Assembly: GCF_018977255.1 (NCBI RefSeq)
Contig: NW_024704742.1
Location: 115,136,001-115,200,000, forward strand
Length of the DNA: 64,000 nucleotides
Direction: 5' to 3'
Source of the DNA: Callorhinchus milii
Taxonomy: Eukaryota
The notes under the pieces are model-generated. The model was not told the DNA's origin. It saw only the letters and a program-made list of their open reading frames with translations, and did no database searches. The translations under genes and the position numbers were made by a program. Shown one piece after another: positions 10,701 to 24,562 of the stretch. The stretch's first letter is position 1. The number at the start of each line of letters is the position of its first letter.

Positions 10701-13700
10701 CCATTATAGCCAAGCTTCAGTCTATGCACCAAGCAAGGATATGTATGATGGAGAGATTGGATCCCAACCTGCTGGCTCCTATTATCCAGATGACACGCAG
10801 CACTATTACAAATGGACCTCCCCTCCAGGAATCATCAAAATCTTAGCAGTTATCATCGTTGTGATGAGTGTGGGCATTTTTGCTTGTGTGGCCTCCACTT
10901 TGCCCTGGGATATGGACTATTACGGAGGAGGGATGGGAGTAGGAAATGGGATGGGGTATGGGGGATATGGATCTTATGGGGGAGGTCATGTTGGATTTGG
11001 TTCTGGCACAGGCTATGGATATGGCGCTGGAGTTGGTGCTTATGGATATGGAGGTGGCTACACTGATCCACGAGCTGCTAAAGGCTTCATGATTGCATTG
11101 GCTGCAGTCTGCTTTATAGGACTACTGGCTGTGTTTATCATACTTGTTTCCAGGGCTAATTTTTCAAGAACAAGGAAGTTTTATTTAATTCTCATCCTTG
11201 TGTGCACAGTCATTGCTTTCCTGAAGTTTGTGGCTACAATAGTCTACATTATGGGGGTCAACCCTACAGCTCAGGCTGCAGGATCTGTGTTCTACAATCA
11301 GCTATTGAATCTCTGCAACCAGTTCTATATCCCATCTACTAGTGGAGTCTTCACAAATCAGTATCTCTACCATTACTGTGTGGTAGAACCACAAGAGGCA
11401 AGTATATTAATGATCTCATTTTCTCTCTCTCTCATGCGAACACCCATTTGTGCAGCACCGGTCCATACGGACCAGAGGATTACAGTTTCAAACCTGTGCT
11501 GAGGTATCAGATCTTGGCAGCTGGGTGTTGTTAACTGGTTTTGGTTCCGCTGGGTTTGGAGGGGAAATGCAACCAGACTTCCTCTTTTTGATCACTGCAA
11601 CAAAATTACATTTATTTTGCGCCTTTCACGTCGGGGGAGCATCCCACTATCTTCTGGTACCTTGCTGGAAGTTGCATTTAAGTGGCTGTTGGGTGGTAAC
11701 TGATTGGGCTTGACTGTGGAACCACTCACCAGTAAGAGAGAGCCATCATAACAGTGAAAGGATGTAGGGATTGAGTCTGAATGACTTGTATTTATTACCT
11801 AATAATGTGGAACAGGAAGTAGAGTGTTATACTATGGCTGTATTTATGAGATTACTTTGGAATAAAGTATATGAAGTAGTTTTCAATGAAAACCACTCCT
11901 AACCAATAGTTGGTCCTGCAATTACAGTTAAATTGAACTGTCATAATGTCTGATAGTCTGATAGGGATGGAAAGGAAATATCAGATTTAAGAACAGAGGA
12001 TCTATTGAAAGTAATTGGACTTCAGAAAATTCAGAGTAAGGCGAAAAGGTTAAGTAAACAGTGGCTTCAAAGATATTATTTGGGTATTAGACTGTATATA
12101 TCCTAACTGTTTGTTGGAAACAAACTTGTTGTTTTCAAAATCATCACTGAGAATATTAAAATTTAGGAACTTTATCAAAACCAGCTACTTCACTATTCCC
12201 CTGGGAAATGTGCTACTGTCAAAGCTGAATGCTAGTAATAGGTTTTTGCCCAACAGATCTGTACAAGTGGTAACGTATCACTTATTAAAGGGGAAATGTA
12301 TTCATCTGAATTACCAAAAAAATAAATGTTGTAAAACGAGGTATCCATACACTTAACTGATGTCTTTCCCCATATTTTAGACCACCCCCCACCCCCATTT
12401 TGTGAAAGAGCTGACATTTTACTGCAATAGGTTGCATGTCTCCCAAGACACCTAGAATGCTCAGATGTGTGCCTTGACAGTGATTGCAGCTGAGCCCAAT
12501 CCTCTAATTATCTCTGCTATCCATAAGAACATGAGAAGGAAATGCTTTCCACTGGGTGGGGTGGGCACTGGATAGAGCTCAAGACTGGAAATCTTGGCTT
12601 TGCAGTTTGTTTCTCCCCAACTCATACAGTGGTCATATGTAGGAGTGAGTCTTTAGCTGAGATGCAGCTTGTCACAGATCTGGCATTTTATGTTATAACT
12701 ACTGGAGATGGGCAACTTCTTCTTCAGAATACTTCTTCAGAATGTATTGCATGTGGACATGGTCAGTTTCTGTCTGTGATTGACCAATGTCACAACATCC
12801 GTACACTAAATTCCGTACAGTAAATTCTATACAGAATGTTTTTCCCCCCAAGATCGGGAAATGCAAAAATAAAAACGGATTGACTAAGACCATCAATGCT
12901 TGTGCAGATGTCCCCTGTGTGACATTTTCTCAAGACCCTCCTTCGACTATACCTTCGGTCACCCTCCCCACCCCTGTCACCTGGCCTCTGCCACACCTGA
13001 CCCCAACCCCCTGCTTGGGTCCGAATCCCTGATTGTCCAGCACCTTGGAACGTCCTCCTGACGTGAAAGGTGCTATACAAATGTAAGTTGTTGTTGTCTT
13101 GTGTGATTAATAAGTTCCCCTTGAAATTATGTACAAGCATTATGTCGTCAACAAAATAATTTTGTTATTACATAAATAATTTCTGAAATTTCTTCAACTC
13201 ACCAGATTTTTAAATGCCAGAATTGTATGTCCTCTATGAGCTAAATTCAATGTTTTTAAAAAGTCCAGACTGATTTCTAATATCTATATATCTATGTGCT
13301 GGATTTTAGCAGTACAATATTGATAAATCAGTGTCTAAACCTATTCTTTTCTACCTTCAAGGCCCTTGCAATAGTGATGGGATTCATGATTATAATAGCC
13401 CTGGGCTTGATTATTTTCTTTTCCCATAAAACACGAAGTAAAATCTTGAAATATGGCAAAGAAAACGTCTTGTGGGATAGGATTCCCATGGCCGAGTCTG
13501 ATCCTAATGTGGCGGAATGGGTGAGTAAAACAGTTTATTTCTCCTTGAAAGTACTAGAAATGTTTCAAATTATCGTGTGATCTGTGTTAAACTTGTTTAA
13601 AATGTTTTTCTGATGTAATAAAATATTTAGAATGATCCATGCGATATGCATTTTCCCAATTTTTGAAAAAACATGTTTTGCCTTGTTACAGCTATGTTGC

Positions 13701-16700
13701 TTTCATTTGTTCTGCTGAGTTGACTGACCCACTTGACTTCCCAGTGGGCAGTAATTTTGTGCTCTGGAATTTCAAACTCTGGGAATGTAAGAGATATATT
13801 TGATAACAAGTGTGAGGCTGTGATTTTCAATCTTCAATGTCTTTAGCTCTGGGATCTATTGTGCTACTTTTTAAGTTGTTTGAAAATGTCTCTGGTTACC
13901 ATTTTGTCTCTGAAATACAACAACTTGACTTGTGAAGTGCCTTTTCATGAGGGAAAATGTCTCTTGTGTGCTTTATGGAGGTAGAGTGGGTGCTAGGGGA
14001 GGGGGGAGGTGTCTGAAGGTTTTAGTAAAAGGACATTTTTGTGAAAGTGTATGTGGTGGTGGGGTGGGGGAGGCAGGACACTGGGAGAAATTTCCTTTTA
14101 TTTGAATAGTGTTGCAGATTCTTTAACATCCGCTTGAACAGGCAGACAGGAGCTCAGTTTAAAGTCTTTATCTGAAACTGTAAAACTGAACCCATTTACA
14201 TGAGTACTTTATGTATATATTGTATTATCAGATTTGAGCCATACTTGTTGCATTGAATTACCTAAGCGTTTTGAGATATTTCTCTTTTTTAAAAGAATGT
14301 AAGAAAACTGCATGCTGGCTCAATGGGGCAAATGTACTGATTGAAGGTTTTCTGGGATCAAATCTTTGGGACTTATGTGTGTGTTGTATGAAGGGGGTGG
14401 GGGAAGAAAAATGTTTCAGTGTTTCTGGGCAAGAGAGGTGGAAAATAAATCTTCAGGGTCAAGGGTTCTGCTTCTGATCACTAGAGTGGTACGACTTCTA
14501 TAGTAAATATGTTAGCCAAAGGTAGCACTCACACCTCTGAGTAGAAGATTGTGGGTTTGAACCCCACATCGGGAATTGCAATCACATAGTCTAAGCTGAC
14601 ACTGCCTGGCTCAGGAACTGGATTACCGAGACCACCACAGAGGGTCGGCGCGATTATGACATTCCAGTTCAGTTTGAAGGAGATCCCTCTTGGGTGTTAT
14701 TGCCTGATATTCACATCCAGGATTCCCTGCTGTAAAGTTCATGCGTGTGGACATCATCTGAAGAAGCATCGACTTCTTTCTGATGATTCTTCTCCCTCCT
14801 TCCCACTGCACCTCAACCTTTTCTTGTATCTTGGGATTTCTGATGCCAGTATTAGCGATTCTACTGTTGTCCTAGCTGCTCTCGGCTTTTTTGTGAAAAA
14901 AGGAAGCTTTTTGCTTTTTCACAGCACAAAAAGGGAATCAAACCTGTGGGCGTGTTTGTATGCTGTACTGGAGGGTGATTTTACTGAGGGGTCAGCCGAG
15001 GGGAGCTCTCCATACAGAAATTCCAGTTCAATCTTGGCTCGGGTCATGATGGGAGGTCAGCCTTCCAGGACAAGCGAGAGGAAACATTGTCCAGATTTCC
15101 TGATCGCGCTAACTGCCCAGTCCTCTTGCTAGACCTGGTCACAGTCGGACTCTGTTATTATGGTCTTCACAGTTGGTTTGCAGCCCAAGCTTGAAATGAG
15201 GGAGGACCAGAGCCAGTGTGGGGAAACTTGGATCACTGAATTTAGAAGGAAGAACAGGGAGAAACTTGGGGTGGGGGGGTGGTCTGACCAGTTTGGATTT
15301 CTTAAAATGTTCTATTCAGATTATTTGATACCTAGTTATGTGAGAAATAGACTTTGAATGCTGATTTATTAGCTGTATACATTTCTGCAGACTTATGTCT
15401 GAAGTCATATTACAGCAAAATACATTGGTTCAGTATATTGATGTAAAATGTGAATTCCTGCTGACTTGGCGAGCTCTTTTGTGCGATGTTTGTTTGATAC
15501 GATGGAGGTTTCAGGGAGTAGGTTTCTGGGTGTGTCGGTGACTGAGTTTCGAGCGATGACTTGTAATTTGACACCAATGTTTGTATTCACGGTTTTACTT
15601 TACACCTGCGTTGAACGTACTTCGAGTGGGAAGCCAGAGGCTAATTAGTGTCGTTTTTAATTGTGTTAAATAAGTGTCTTTTTTTTCGCTCTCTAGATGT
15701 GGATTTTAAAGTAGTGCACAGTCTTGTTTATATATTGATAACTCCATTTTAGCCTGGCTAAGGCTGAACCAAACTGATTACCTCTGTTCTGACGTTGTTC
15801 ATGTGCTGCATGGTATTAGGTTACCAGTGCAGTAAAGTTCACTGTTTCCCCTGCCTCTGTGAGTTCAGAACTCCTTTTTAAACCAAGTGAGATGTGGAAT
15901 TTAACTGGAATTGCTATCTAACCATTTGTTCATTCGAAGATTTCTCAGGGTAAACTTCCACATGTATGCAGGTGACACACAAATCTACTTTGCCTCCTCC
16001 AGCATCGACTCCAGGTCTGCCAATGTTCTATCATCTTGTCTGGCAGACATCAGGGCTTGGATTAGTGCAAACTTCCTGCAGCTGAATATGGACTAGACGT
16101 CAATGCCTTCACTCCTGCGGATCTGAACTCCTCAACCTCCCTGGGCTCCACTGTTCCCACTAAGCTGCGCTTGTGTTTGGCCACACAACAGTCTGTTGAG
16201 CGCCGTGCACTGTTTTTACGGCGGTGCACACAGCCTTTAAAGATTAGAGGGAACATAGCTGGGCTCTCCCTCAGACTCACCAAACCACCAAATCTAGGTC
16301 CAGTTCAACCCCCAGCTGTCCCTCCTCCCCCACATCTGGTCCCTGACCAGGACCATCTTCTTCCACCTCCACCACATTGCCCGCCTCCAACTGTACCTTA
16401 CCCCAAATGCAGCCGAAACGCTCGTGCATGCGTTTGTCACCTCCCGCTTGGATTACTCCCAACACTCCTCCCCGGTCTCCCCAGCTTCACCATTCACAAG
16501 ATCCAGCTCATTCAGAACTCTTGCCACCCGCATACTGACCCAGACCAAACTCCGTACCCACATCTCACCAGTTGTGGTCAGACTCCACTGGCTCCCCATC
16601 ACTGAACGGATCGACTTCAAGATCCTCACACTCGTGTTCAAATACCTTCACTTCCCTGGCACCTCTCTACCTCTCCACCCTCCTTATTCCCCAATCCACC

Positions 16701-19700
16701 ACCCAGCTCCTCCACTCAACTGGCACTGGCCTCCTGCTCATCCCTGGCACCCTCTGCCCCACTATTTAAGGTTGTGCTTTCAGCCACTATGCCCTGAAAC
16801 TCTCCCTCAATCCCTCCACCTTGCCCCCTCTCTCCCCTTTCTCAAGTCATGCCTTAAAATCTTCCTTTTCAATCGTGCTTACGGTCACCCCCTCTGGCTC
16901 GGAGTCAGGCTCTGCCCCTGTTAAGCACTTTGAGATGCTACCCTGCATGGAGAGTGCTGTCTAAGTGCAAGTTGTTGCATCTGTCTGTGGCCTTTGATAC
17001 TTTCAATCACACTATTTTCTTCACCAACTTCCCTCTTAGTTCCACCTTCACTGTTCTGTCTATTCCAACCTCTCCACTTTGTTTTCTCAAATAGCCACTC
17101 CACCGACCCCCCCCCCCCCCCCCCACCTCTACATGTTTCCACTCTGCAAATATCACCTTCAGGCATTGACTCCTTTCTGATGATTCTTCTCCCTCCTTCC
17201 CACTGCACCCCAACCTTTTCTTTTATCTTGGGATTTTTAATGCCAGTATTAGCGATTCTACTGTTGTCCTAGCTACTCTCGGTTTTTTTTGTGATGGAGG
17301 TTACCCTCCATCTGTATGCAGATGACTCCCAACGGTATCTCTTCGCCTTCACCCTTGCTTCTAGGCACGTAGGGGGCAGGAAAGGAGAGCAATGGCAAAG
17401 GCACAGTTAGGGTGTTTTTTTTCTACTTGTCCATCGTCCCCTGCAAGAAAATACTTGTAAATGGATAGCATTGGCTGCGTGTCTCATGCCCCATCGCATT
17501 AAATAGGGAATGGGGAAAGTTTAAAGGCATTGCCATTATAGTCCAGTGAGTGAAATGCTGCATCACATGTAAAATAACTCCACTTTCAATGACTAATTTG
17601 CTCTGACCCATAGGGATCAGGAATTCTTGTCCAGAGAATCCATTCTAAACTGATTTCTATTGTGCAAGTGCAAAAAGGGCCTGAAATGGCAAGTATTTAC
17701 ATTTCAAAGTCACCTCAGAGGGAAACCAGAAAAACTGGTTTGTTGGCTGTTGGGAAGCATAAATGTGCTCAAACTGCTTGTGATCCAACTACATTGAAAA
17801 CCTTAATCTTAACTGCTCAATCTCTGTTTGTAGTTGCTCAATAAAGCATTTAAGTACTAGTTAGGAAATCCTTATCAATCAATAAATGCTTTTGTTTATA
17901 AATGTAGATGAGGTAATGTTGCTCTATTGACTGGTAGGTGTCAAGTTGCCTAGAAATGGGTGTGGAATGGAGAAGTAGCAAGATAATGCATCTCACTGCT
18001 GCAAAGCAACTGTTTATTTTGGTTTTGGCTGCAGTTGGAACAGTTGCTGCTAAGCAGTGCAGTTCTTATTTTTGTGGCTTTTCCTCCCGCTTGTCAAAGG
18101 CCAGAAAATAGTGATTTATGACCTTTGAAACTAGCATAGCTAAGCAATTTTTTTGTTGCTCAAAGTGTTGGGAATTTTGTTCCTCACTGTAAATGGTGCA
18201 AATCAATAACTCTGCCACCCTTGTGGTATTAGGGCCAACTGTGCAATACAAATTTACATTTATATAGTGCATTTCACACCAGGAGGACGTCCCAAGGTGC
18301 TGGACAGTCCTTATTTGGCACATGAGCTGAAAGTGATAGCCAAAGGGAGGGGCAAGATGACCAAAGGTGTGGTCAATGTAGAAGGTCTTGAGGCTGATCT
18401 AGAAACAGCTGAGGGAGGGGGCAAGTCAGAGGGACTTCATGATGGTGGGAGTGGGAGCACATAGGCTGAAAGCCTGAGCACCAATGGCAAGACGGGTAGG
18501 ACAAGGCGACATGATGTAGGCTGGTGCCTGCTGAGCGAAAGGAGCAGCTGGTTTGTTGTGGTTTGAGGAGATTGCATAGTTAAAGCGGGGGCAGAATCAT
18601 GAGGAATTTGAAAGTGAGTATGAGGATCATGATCTACCAGATGGGGAGGCCAATGGAGCCAGGCAAGGATGGGGATGATGGGCTTGTGGAGCCTGGAATG
18701 GGAAAGAACACAGGTTGCAGAGTTCGAGACTGTATTTGATGCTCGTGGCCTAGGCTGACCGTCCAGGGCAAGGTTGGGAGGTGTCATTCTTCAGGTGAGA
18801 TGTTGAACTGAGGTCCAGTCTATACTGGTTCTTAGGTGACCTGCTTGGCAATGGAATGTCAGAATCGGGCCAGCCCTCTTTGGCAGTCTCGATAGTCCGC
18901 TTCCTAGGCCAGGTAGGTCTGCAGTACTCCACAGCACAGCCAACCTGGCTCATCAGTAGGACTTCGAAGCGCAGATTAGTCACTGGGGCCAGGGATTCTT
19001 CCCACTCAGCTCTGTTAACCCTGCAAGCCAAAGCCTTATCACGTAGGGTGATCCTAGCGGGAAAGCTTACCAGATAGTGTTCTCAATGACAAGCTATGTA
19101 GTTTTAGCTAGCTGGACTCCGTCAGTGCCCTGATGCATACTCTGGTGTCCCCAAGTTTTGTCTTGTTTCAGCCTGAGCCTAATACACTGAGGTAAAGCAG
19201 GATGCGTCCATACAGCGAGGGAATGTGTATTCCATTCCAATAAATGGGAATTTCCATGTGTAGGTGGGAAGCATGGAACCGTATTTGGTTTGGATACTTT
19301 TAAGCATAGTGATGGGTTTCTGCATATGTCGGACACCTGGCTGACACAAAAAAATTCAAATGGATGTTACAAGAGCCCATGACACTATTCAAAAAGAAAA
19401 GGGAAATTCTTAATAATAATAATCCTTGCATTTGATATAGTGCTTTTCACGTCTTCTGGACGTCCCAAAGCGCTTCACAGAATATACTGTAAAGTGAATT
19501 GACTGTATATTTGTGTGCGAACGCGGCAGCCAATTGCGCACAGCAATGTCCCACAAACAATCGTAGATTGAAAATAACCAATTTATTATTGTTTTTAGTT
19601 TTGAAGGGATTATTATTAGGCGTGTGGAGTAAGGAAACTTGCCCAAGGTTTTGCCCTGCCTGGAATTGAACTCTTCTTGTGTCCTGGCCAACAATTTCCC

Positions 19701-22700
19701 TGTTAAATTAATCATTCTCCTCCTGGTTGTTTATGGGACATGGTTGTGTGTAAATTGGATGCTGTGTATTTACAAATAGTCACTATCCTTTATAGTAATT
19801 GCTATGAAGTGCTTTAAGATGTTTCAATGTGATAAGGCTCTATCAAGTGCAAGATTTATTATAAAGCTGGCAATTGGTGAATTCTTTCTTGCTCACCCCC
19901 AGTTTACAGCAACAGTTTGTGTGCTCACATGAATTCTTTGTTGTAGGAATTCTGGCAGGAACAGAGGAAGAGATTCTACTGTGTGCATTTCAATGGAAGG
20001 AAGTATAGTTTGTAAATCGTACTGCTAGTTTCTCAGCCTTAAAAAAAACTCTAACCAGCAGCACTGCAGGTAGAGTGAGAAGCCTCCATGACTTACCCTG
20101 CTGCCTCTGGCAAATTCAAAGAACCCTTCTTTAAGGGCTTAACCACTCCTCTCGATGCAACTAAAGTGAACATAAATCACTGTCTTCAAGATAGCTGAAG
20201 TGTATGACTTCTGCATATGTCAAAAATACCACGCTCAACTTTCTAAAATTGAATAACAACAACTTGCATTTATATAGTGCCCTTCACCTGGGTTAGCATC
20301 TCGGAGCACTTAATTGGCAGAGCCTAATGTGAAGAGGAATCTGTGCACTGTTCACTCATGTAATACACTAGGTTTGTGAATTTTGTGTATCTTAAAGTTG
20401 GATGTTGGAAGAAGTGCTGTCTGAAGATGTGCTCCAGCCATGGCACCAATCTCCTTAGTCTAGGGGTAGTAACATTTTCAATGGTTCAAGGTGCCACATT
20501 AGGGTCAAAGGATACAAGTTTGCACTGGGGGCATGGGAGATGGGATAGAAGCTGTCTGTTTTTAAATGATTCGTTCATCGTTGATTATGAGCATCAACAT
20601 TCGGAGCTTTGTATTGAGGCGATAGATTTTACTGTCTCCTCAATTTCTAATCTCCGTTCAGCAGGGAGTGAAATTTGGAAGAGTTTGTTTTAATCTGAAC
20701 ATTCCCTGGGTGCATTGGCAATGGTGTGGGTTCAACATTCTCCAATAAACACTGAGGCCAAGTGAACTCCTTTTTAAAGGTTCTGTATTTTTCCTTCCAA
20801 TTATTCATGTTGGTGTACCATTCCACTGCTGTAGATTACCTGCATGAATCATGTATCGTCCTAGACATTGAGTGTCGTAAAGGTATATCAGCTAACTCAG
20901 CAGTGACTGGGAATTTAACCTCTGACTTACTGGTGTTTACAACTAAATGCACAGCAGGAAGCAACTTTACTAAATGAAACTTTTTGAACTGAGATTGAGC
21001 AATCTTGGAACCATTGTTTTCAATTTTAGTTTCAAAGATTTAAATTTGTTTGGGATTTCTCTTGCGCTGTAATTTTTTAAAAATTAAGTTAATTTGGAAG
21101 AGGTAATGAGGAGAAACCTTTTTTTAAAAAAAATCAATGCACTTGGAACAAGAGCTTTTTTTACTTGTAAATTGGCAGGGGAAATATGAGGAGAATGGTG
21201 TGCTTTATCTTCTTAAATCAATTGGTTACATGAACGAGCAGCGCTGTGGCTGTTAACCATCATGTGAGAAAGTGAAAGGACAATATGTGCTCAACGTGGT
21301 GAATATCTAATGAGCTGTTACCTTGTTCCTCTTCCTCCTTCAAGGTGAACAATGTATCTGGTATTCCTGAGGAACTAGCCACAAATGATGACTATCCAAA
21401 TAAATTCAATGGTTCCCTGAATTATCAACCTAGTAATGACTACAGAATGCCGCCAGATGATGTCCGATCAACTCCGTAAGTATAAGTTTACTCCAACATT
21501 GAATACAGTAGCGCTCAAGAGCTCAATATCTGGGACCAGCCGCATTGCTGATGTCCAACAATGTGGATAATTTGGTATTTTGATCTGATCGTTACACCTT
21601 GTACTACCAGTTAATTGAACCACTATTATTTGCATAGATATACAATTTTAAAAAAATCCCTGACATTGGTGCCCATATGTACAGTCAGACATTGGATAAT
21701 TACAATCCAAAATTACATTTCTGTAGCAGCTTTCACATTGGGAGGAGGTCCCAAAGCGCTGGAGTGCAGGTACATGGCTTTCTATTGTACAACCATTTCA
21801 AAACGATCAGGACCTCTGCAAATTCCACTAACTGAGATCCAGTAAAGCAGGAGCACTTAGGCAAATTGCACTGCCTGAGCCTTGGGATGTGCTCCCAATG
21901 TGAAAAACACTACATAAGTGTAAATTTGTTTGTTTTCCACCATTTGAGATGCAGTTTTGTGTAATCCAAACATTGCATTTACCCACATGATGGAGCTTAA
22001 TTTTTATATCCTTTGTGAACCTAAAGAGCATAAGCTAGCTCACGATTACCAACTGTTGATAACATGGCCAATGAATCATTGGCAGAGTAGAGGACAAAGC
22101 AGCAATCTCTGGTGAGACTGTTTTAATTACAAGTTGAATATCTTTACTCAGCAACAAGTGCACTTGTATCTGATTATGCAAGATATCTAAGAGGGCAGAC
22201 TGAAAGGTAGAGTGAGGAAGTTCAGAGGGTGAGGGCATAATAGCTGAAGGCTGGTCGATTGGCAGTGGGGGGTGTGGCTGCTATACCAGAGTTTGCTGGG
22301 CAGAGAGGGTGAGCTGGAGAGCGAGGCTGGAAAAGACCTGAGGTGGGAGATTCAAGTGCATACCTCACAGATTCTACTGTACAAAGGAAAGCGGTAATTT
22401 TTAAAAGATTGTCTGACTGTTCAGTGCTTTGGGATGTCCTCCCAACGTGAAAGGCACTCTATAAATGTAATTTTGTTGTTTAAAAAGGTAAATAATGGGG
22501 TTAATTTACTGTGAAATAAGTTTGTGTATTAATCTTTCTCACAGAGTTCCTGAAGCTTTATTGCCATTGATGAAGCAGCCACCACGTGCCATGAACAGCA
22601 CAGGGTCTGACGAAAGCAGACCAGCCCCCCAGCGCAGACCACCAAGGAAGAGGAGGCCAGGAAGAGCAAAAAGACCAGAGACTGAGGACTATGAAACTGA

Positions 22701-24528
22701 TTACACCACTGGTGCAGAGTCCTGTGATGAACTTGACGATGTTGATTTTGAAAGGTGCTGAGAAATTGTTTTCGAGCTATTTTTTATCAGGTCTAATCAG
22801 GCTTTGTGATAATTTTACGTCTTTTCGCAAAACAAGTTGTAGTAAACGGGTTTCTCCTTTGCAGTCAGTACCCACCGATCACATCAGACCAGCAGAGACA
22901 AGACTATAAGAGGGAGTTTGATAATGATCTGCAGGAGTACAAACGCCTGCAGGCTGAACTGGATCAAGTGAATAAACAACTCTCGGACCTAGATAAGCAA
23001 TTGGACAAGCTGCCCGAGGAGACTGAGGAATACCAGGTACACCCTGTGTGTGTGTGTGTGTGTGTGTGTGACTGAGCTGTGGGAAGACATTTTAAAAGAA
23101 TTGATAGCAATTCCTTGCACAGTGGCAGAGTGATCCAGGCTGTGATTGAGTGCCTCGGTCTCTAACCTTGGAGAAGCAACTCCTGTGACAGTAGCTTTGT
23201 TCTTCTTTCCCCATGTTGTGTGACCTTATTAATTCCAAATGTGTTTGAGAGTAGGTTTGTGCTGTATATTATAACCAGGACTGAAGAATGATACAACTAG
23301 CAGAATGAGATTAGCCATCTGAGATTTTGATTTGCCAATAGTTTGTTTAGAAGTCTGTTCAGCAACATTTTACCTTCAGCTTCTCTGCACTTTGGTGCTG
23401 TTACTTGGGAAAAGTACGAAGGCTTTGATAGAACTTTACTGCAGTCAATCAGCATTTAGAGGAGAGATGGGGGGGAAAAAAACAAATTTACTGGTATAGA
23501 TGTTTTCATTGGCAGAAGAGTAAATTGCTTACTTGCCCACATCTCAAATGTTTTTTGGTTAATGTTCAGTTTTCGCAAGAGGAAGGAGCAAGGGAAGTAT
23601 TGTACATATTTGATGATCTCACTAGGCATTAAGAAATTAAATTACTAATAACAATAATGATCCTTGCATTTGATATACCTAATCATGTCATTGAGACATT
23701 TAAAGCACTTCACTGGGTATATTGTAAAGTAGATTGAGTAGGTATTTTATAATAATAATCCTTGCATTTGATATAGCGTTTTTCACGTCTTCTAGACGTC
23801 TCAAAGTGCTTCACAGTAAAGTGAATTGACTGTATATTTGTGGGTGAAATGCGGCAGCCAATTGTGCACAGCAGTGTCCCACAAACAGTTGTGGATTGAG
23901 TGACCAATTTATTATTTTTTTCTTGAGAGATTATTATTGAGCGTGTGGCGTAAGGAAACTTGCTCAAGGTTTCGCCCTGTCTGGGATCAAACCCAGGTCT
24001 CTCGCTTGCGAGGCAAGTGCTCTAACCACTGAGCTACAGGACTCAGTGGGCTAGACTAGGTGGATCTTCTAGTAAGAATAAAATTCAAGGTATAGAGTTC
24101 AGTAAAAGGATGATTCAAGACTAAGGAATAAAATGTATAAAAAGTTAATCCAGTGCTGCACAAATCGTTTACCTTCAGTTTCTTGTTTATCTGTGCCTCC
24201 AGGCTGCTGCTGATGAATATAATGCATTAAAAGAAGTAAAGCAGGTAAGTGGTCGAATTTCAATCTGCTAATCATTTGTTGAATGCTTCAGTTGATCATG
24301 TTCTTTTGATATGACCTAAGAATTTTCCACATATAGCGGGGATGACAAATGCAGGATGTAATGGGACTGTGGGATGCTCTATATTGCTGGAAATATTAGT
24401 GTGGGGAAACCCATTCAAATGGCTTCAGCCAAAGTTGGTTGGCTGACTGTGTCTTTGATACTTCTGCCTCACAGATTTCAACATTCATTGTTGGCTGGGG
24501 GAATACTGGCCTAACAACTTTTAAAATG

Positions 24529-24562
<34 letters not shown>

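Noticed and set aside
11398..11502. C-terminal extension of the 253-aa OCLN ORF
   Set aside because: Intronic read-through past the GC donor; homology resumes at 13362.
14780..14845. C/D snoRNA-like TGATGA...CTGA
   Set aside because: No convincing terminal stem or guide, and the second copy lacks CTGA.
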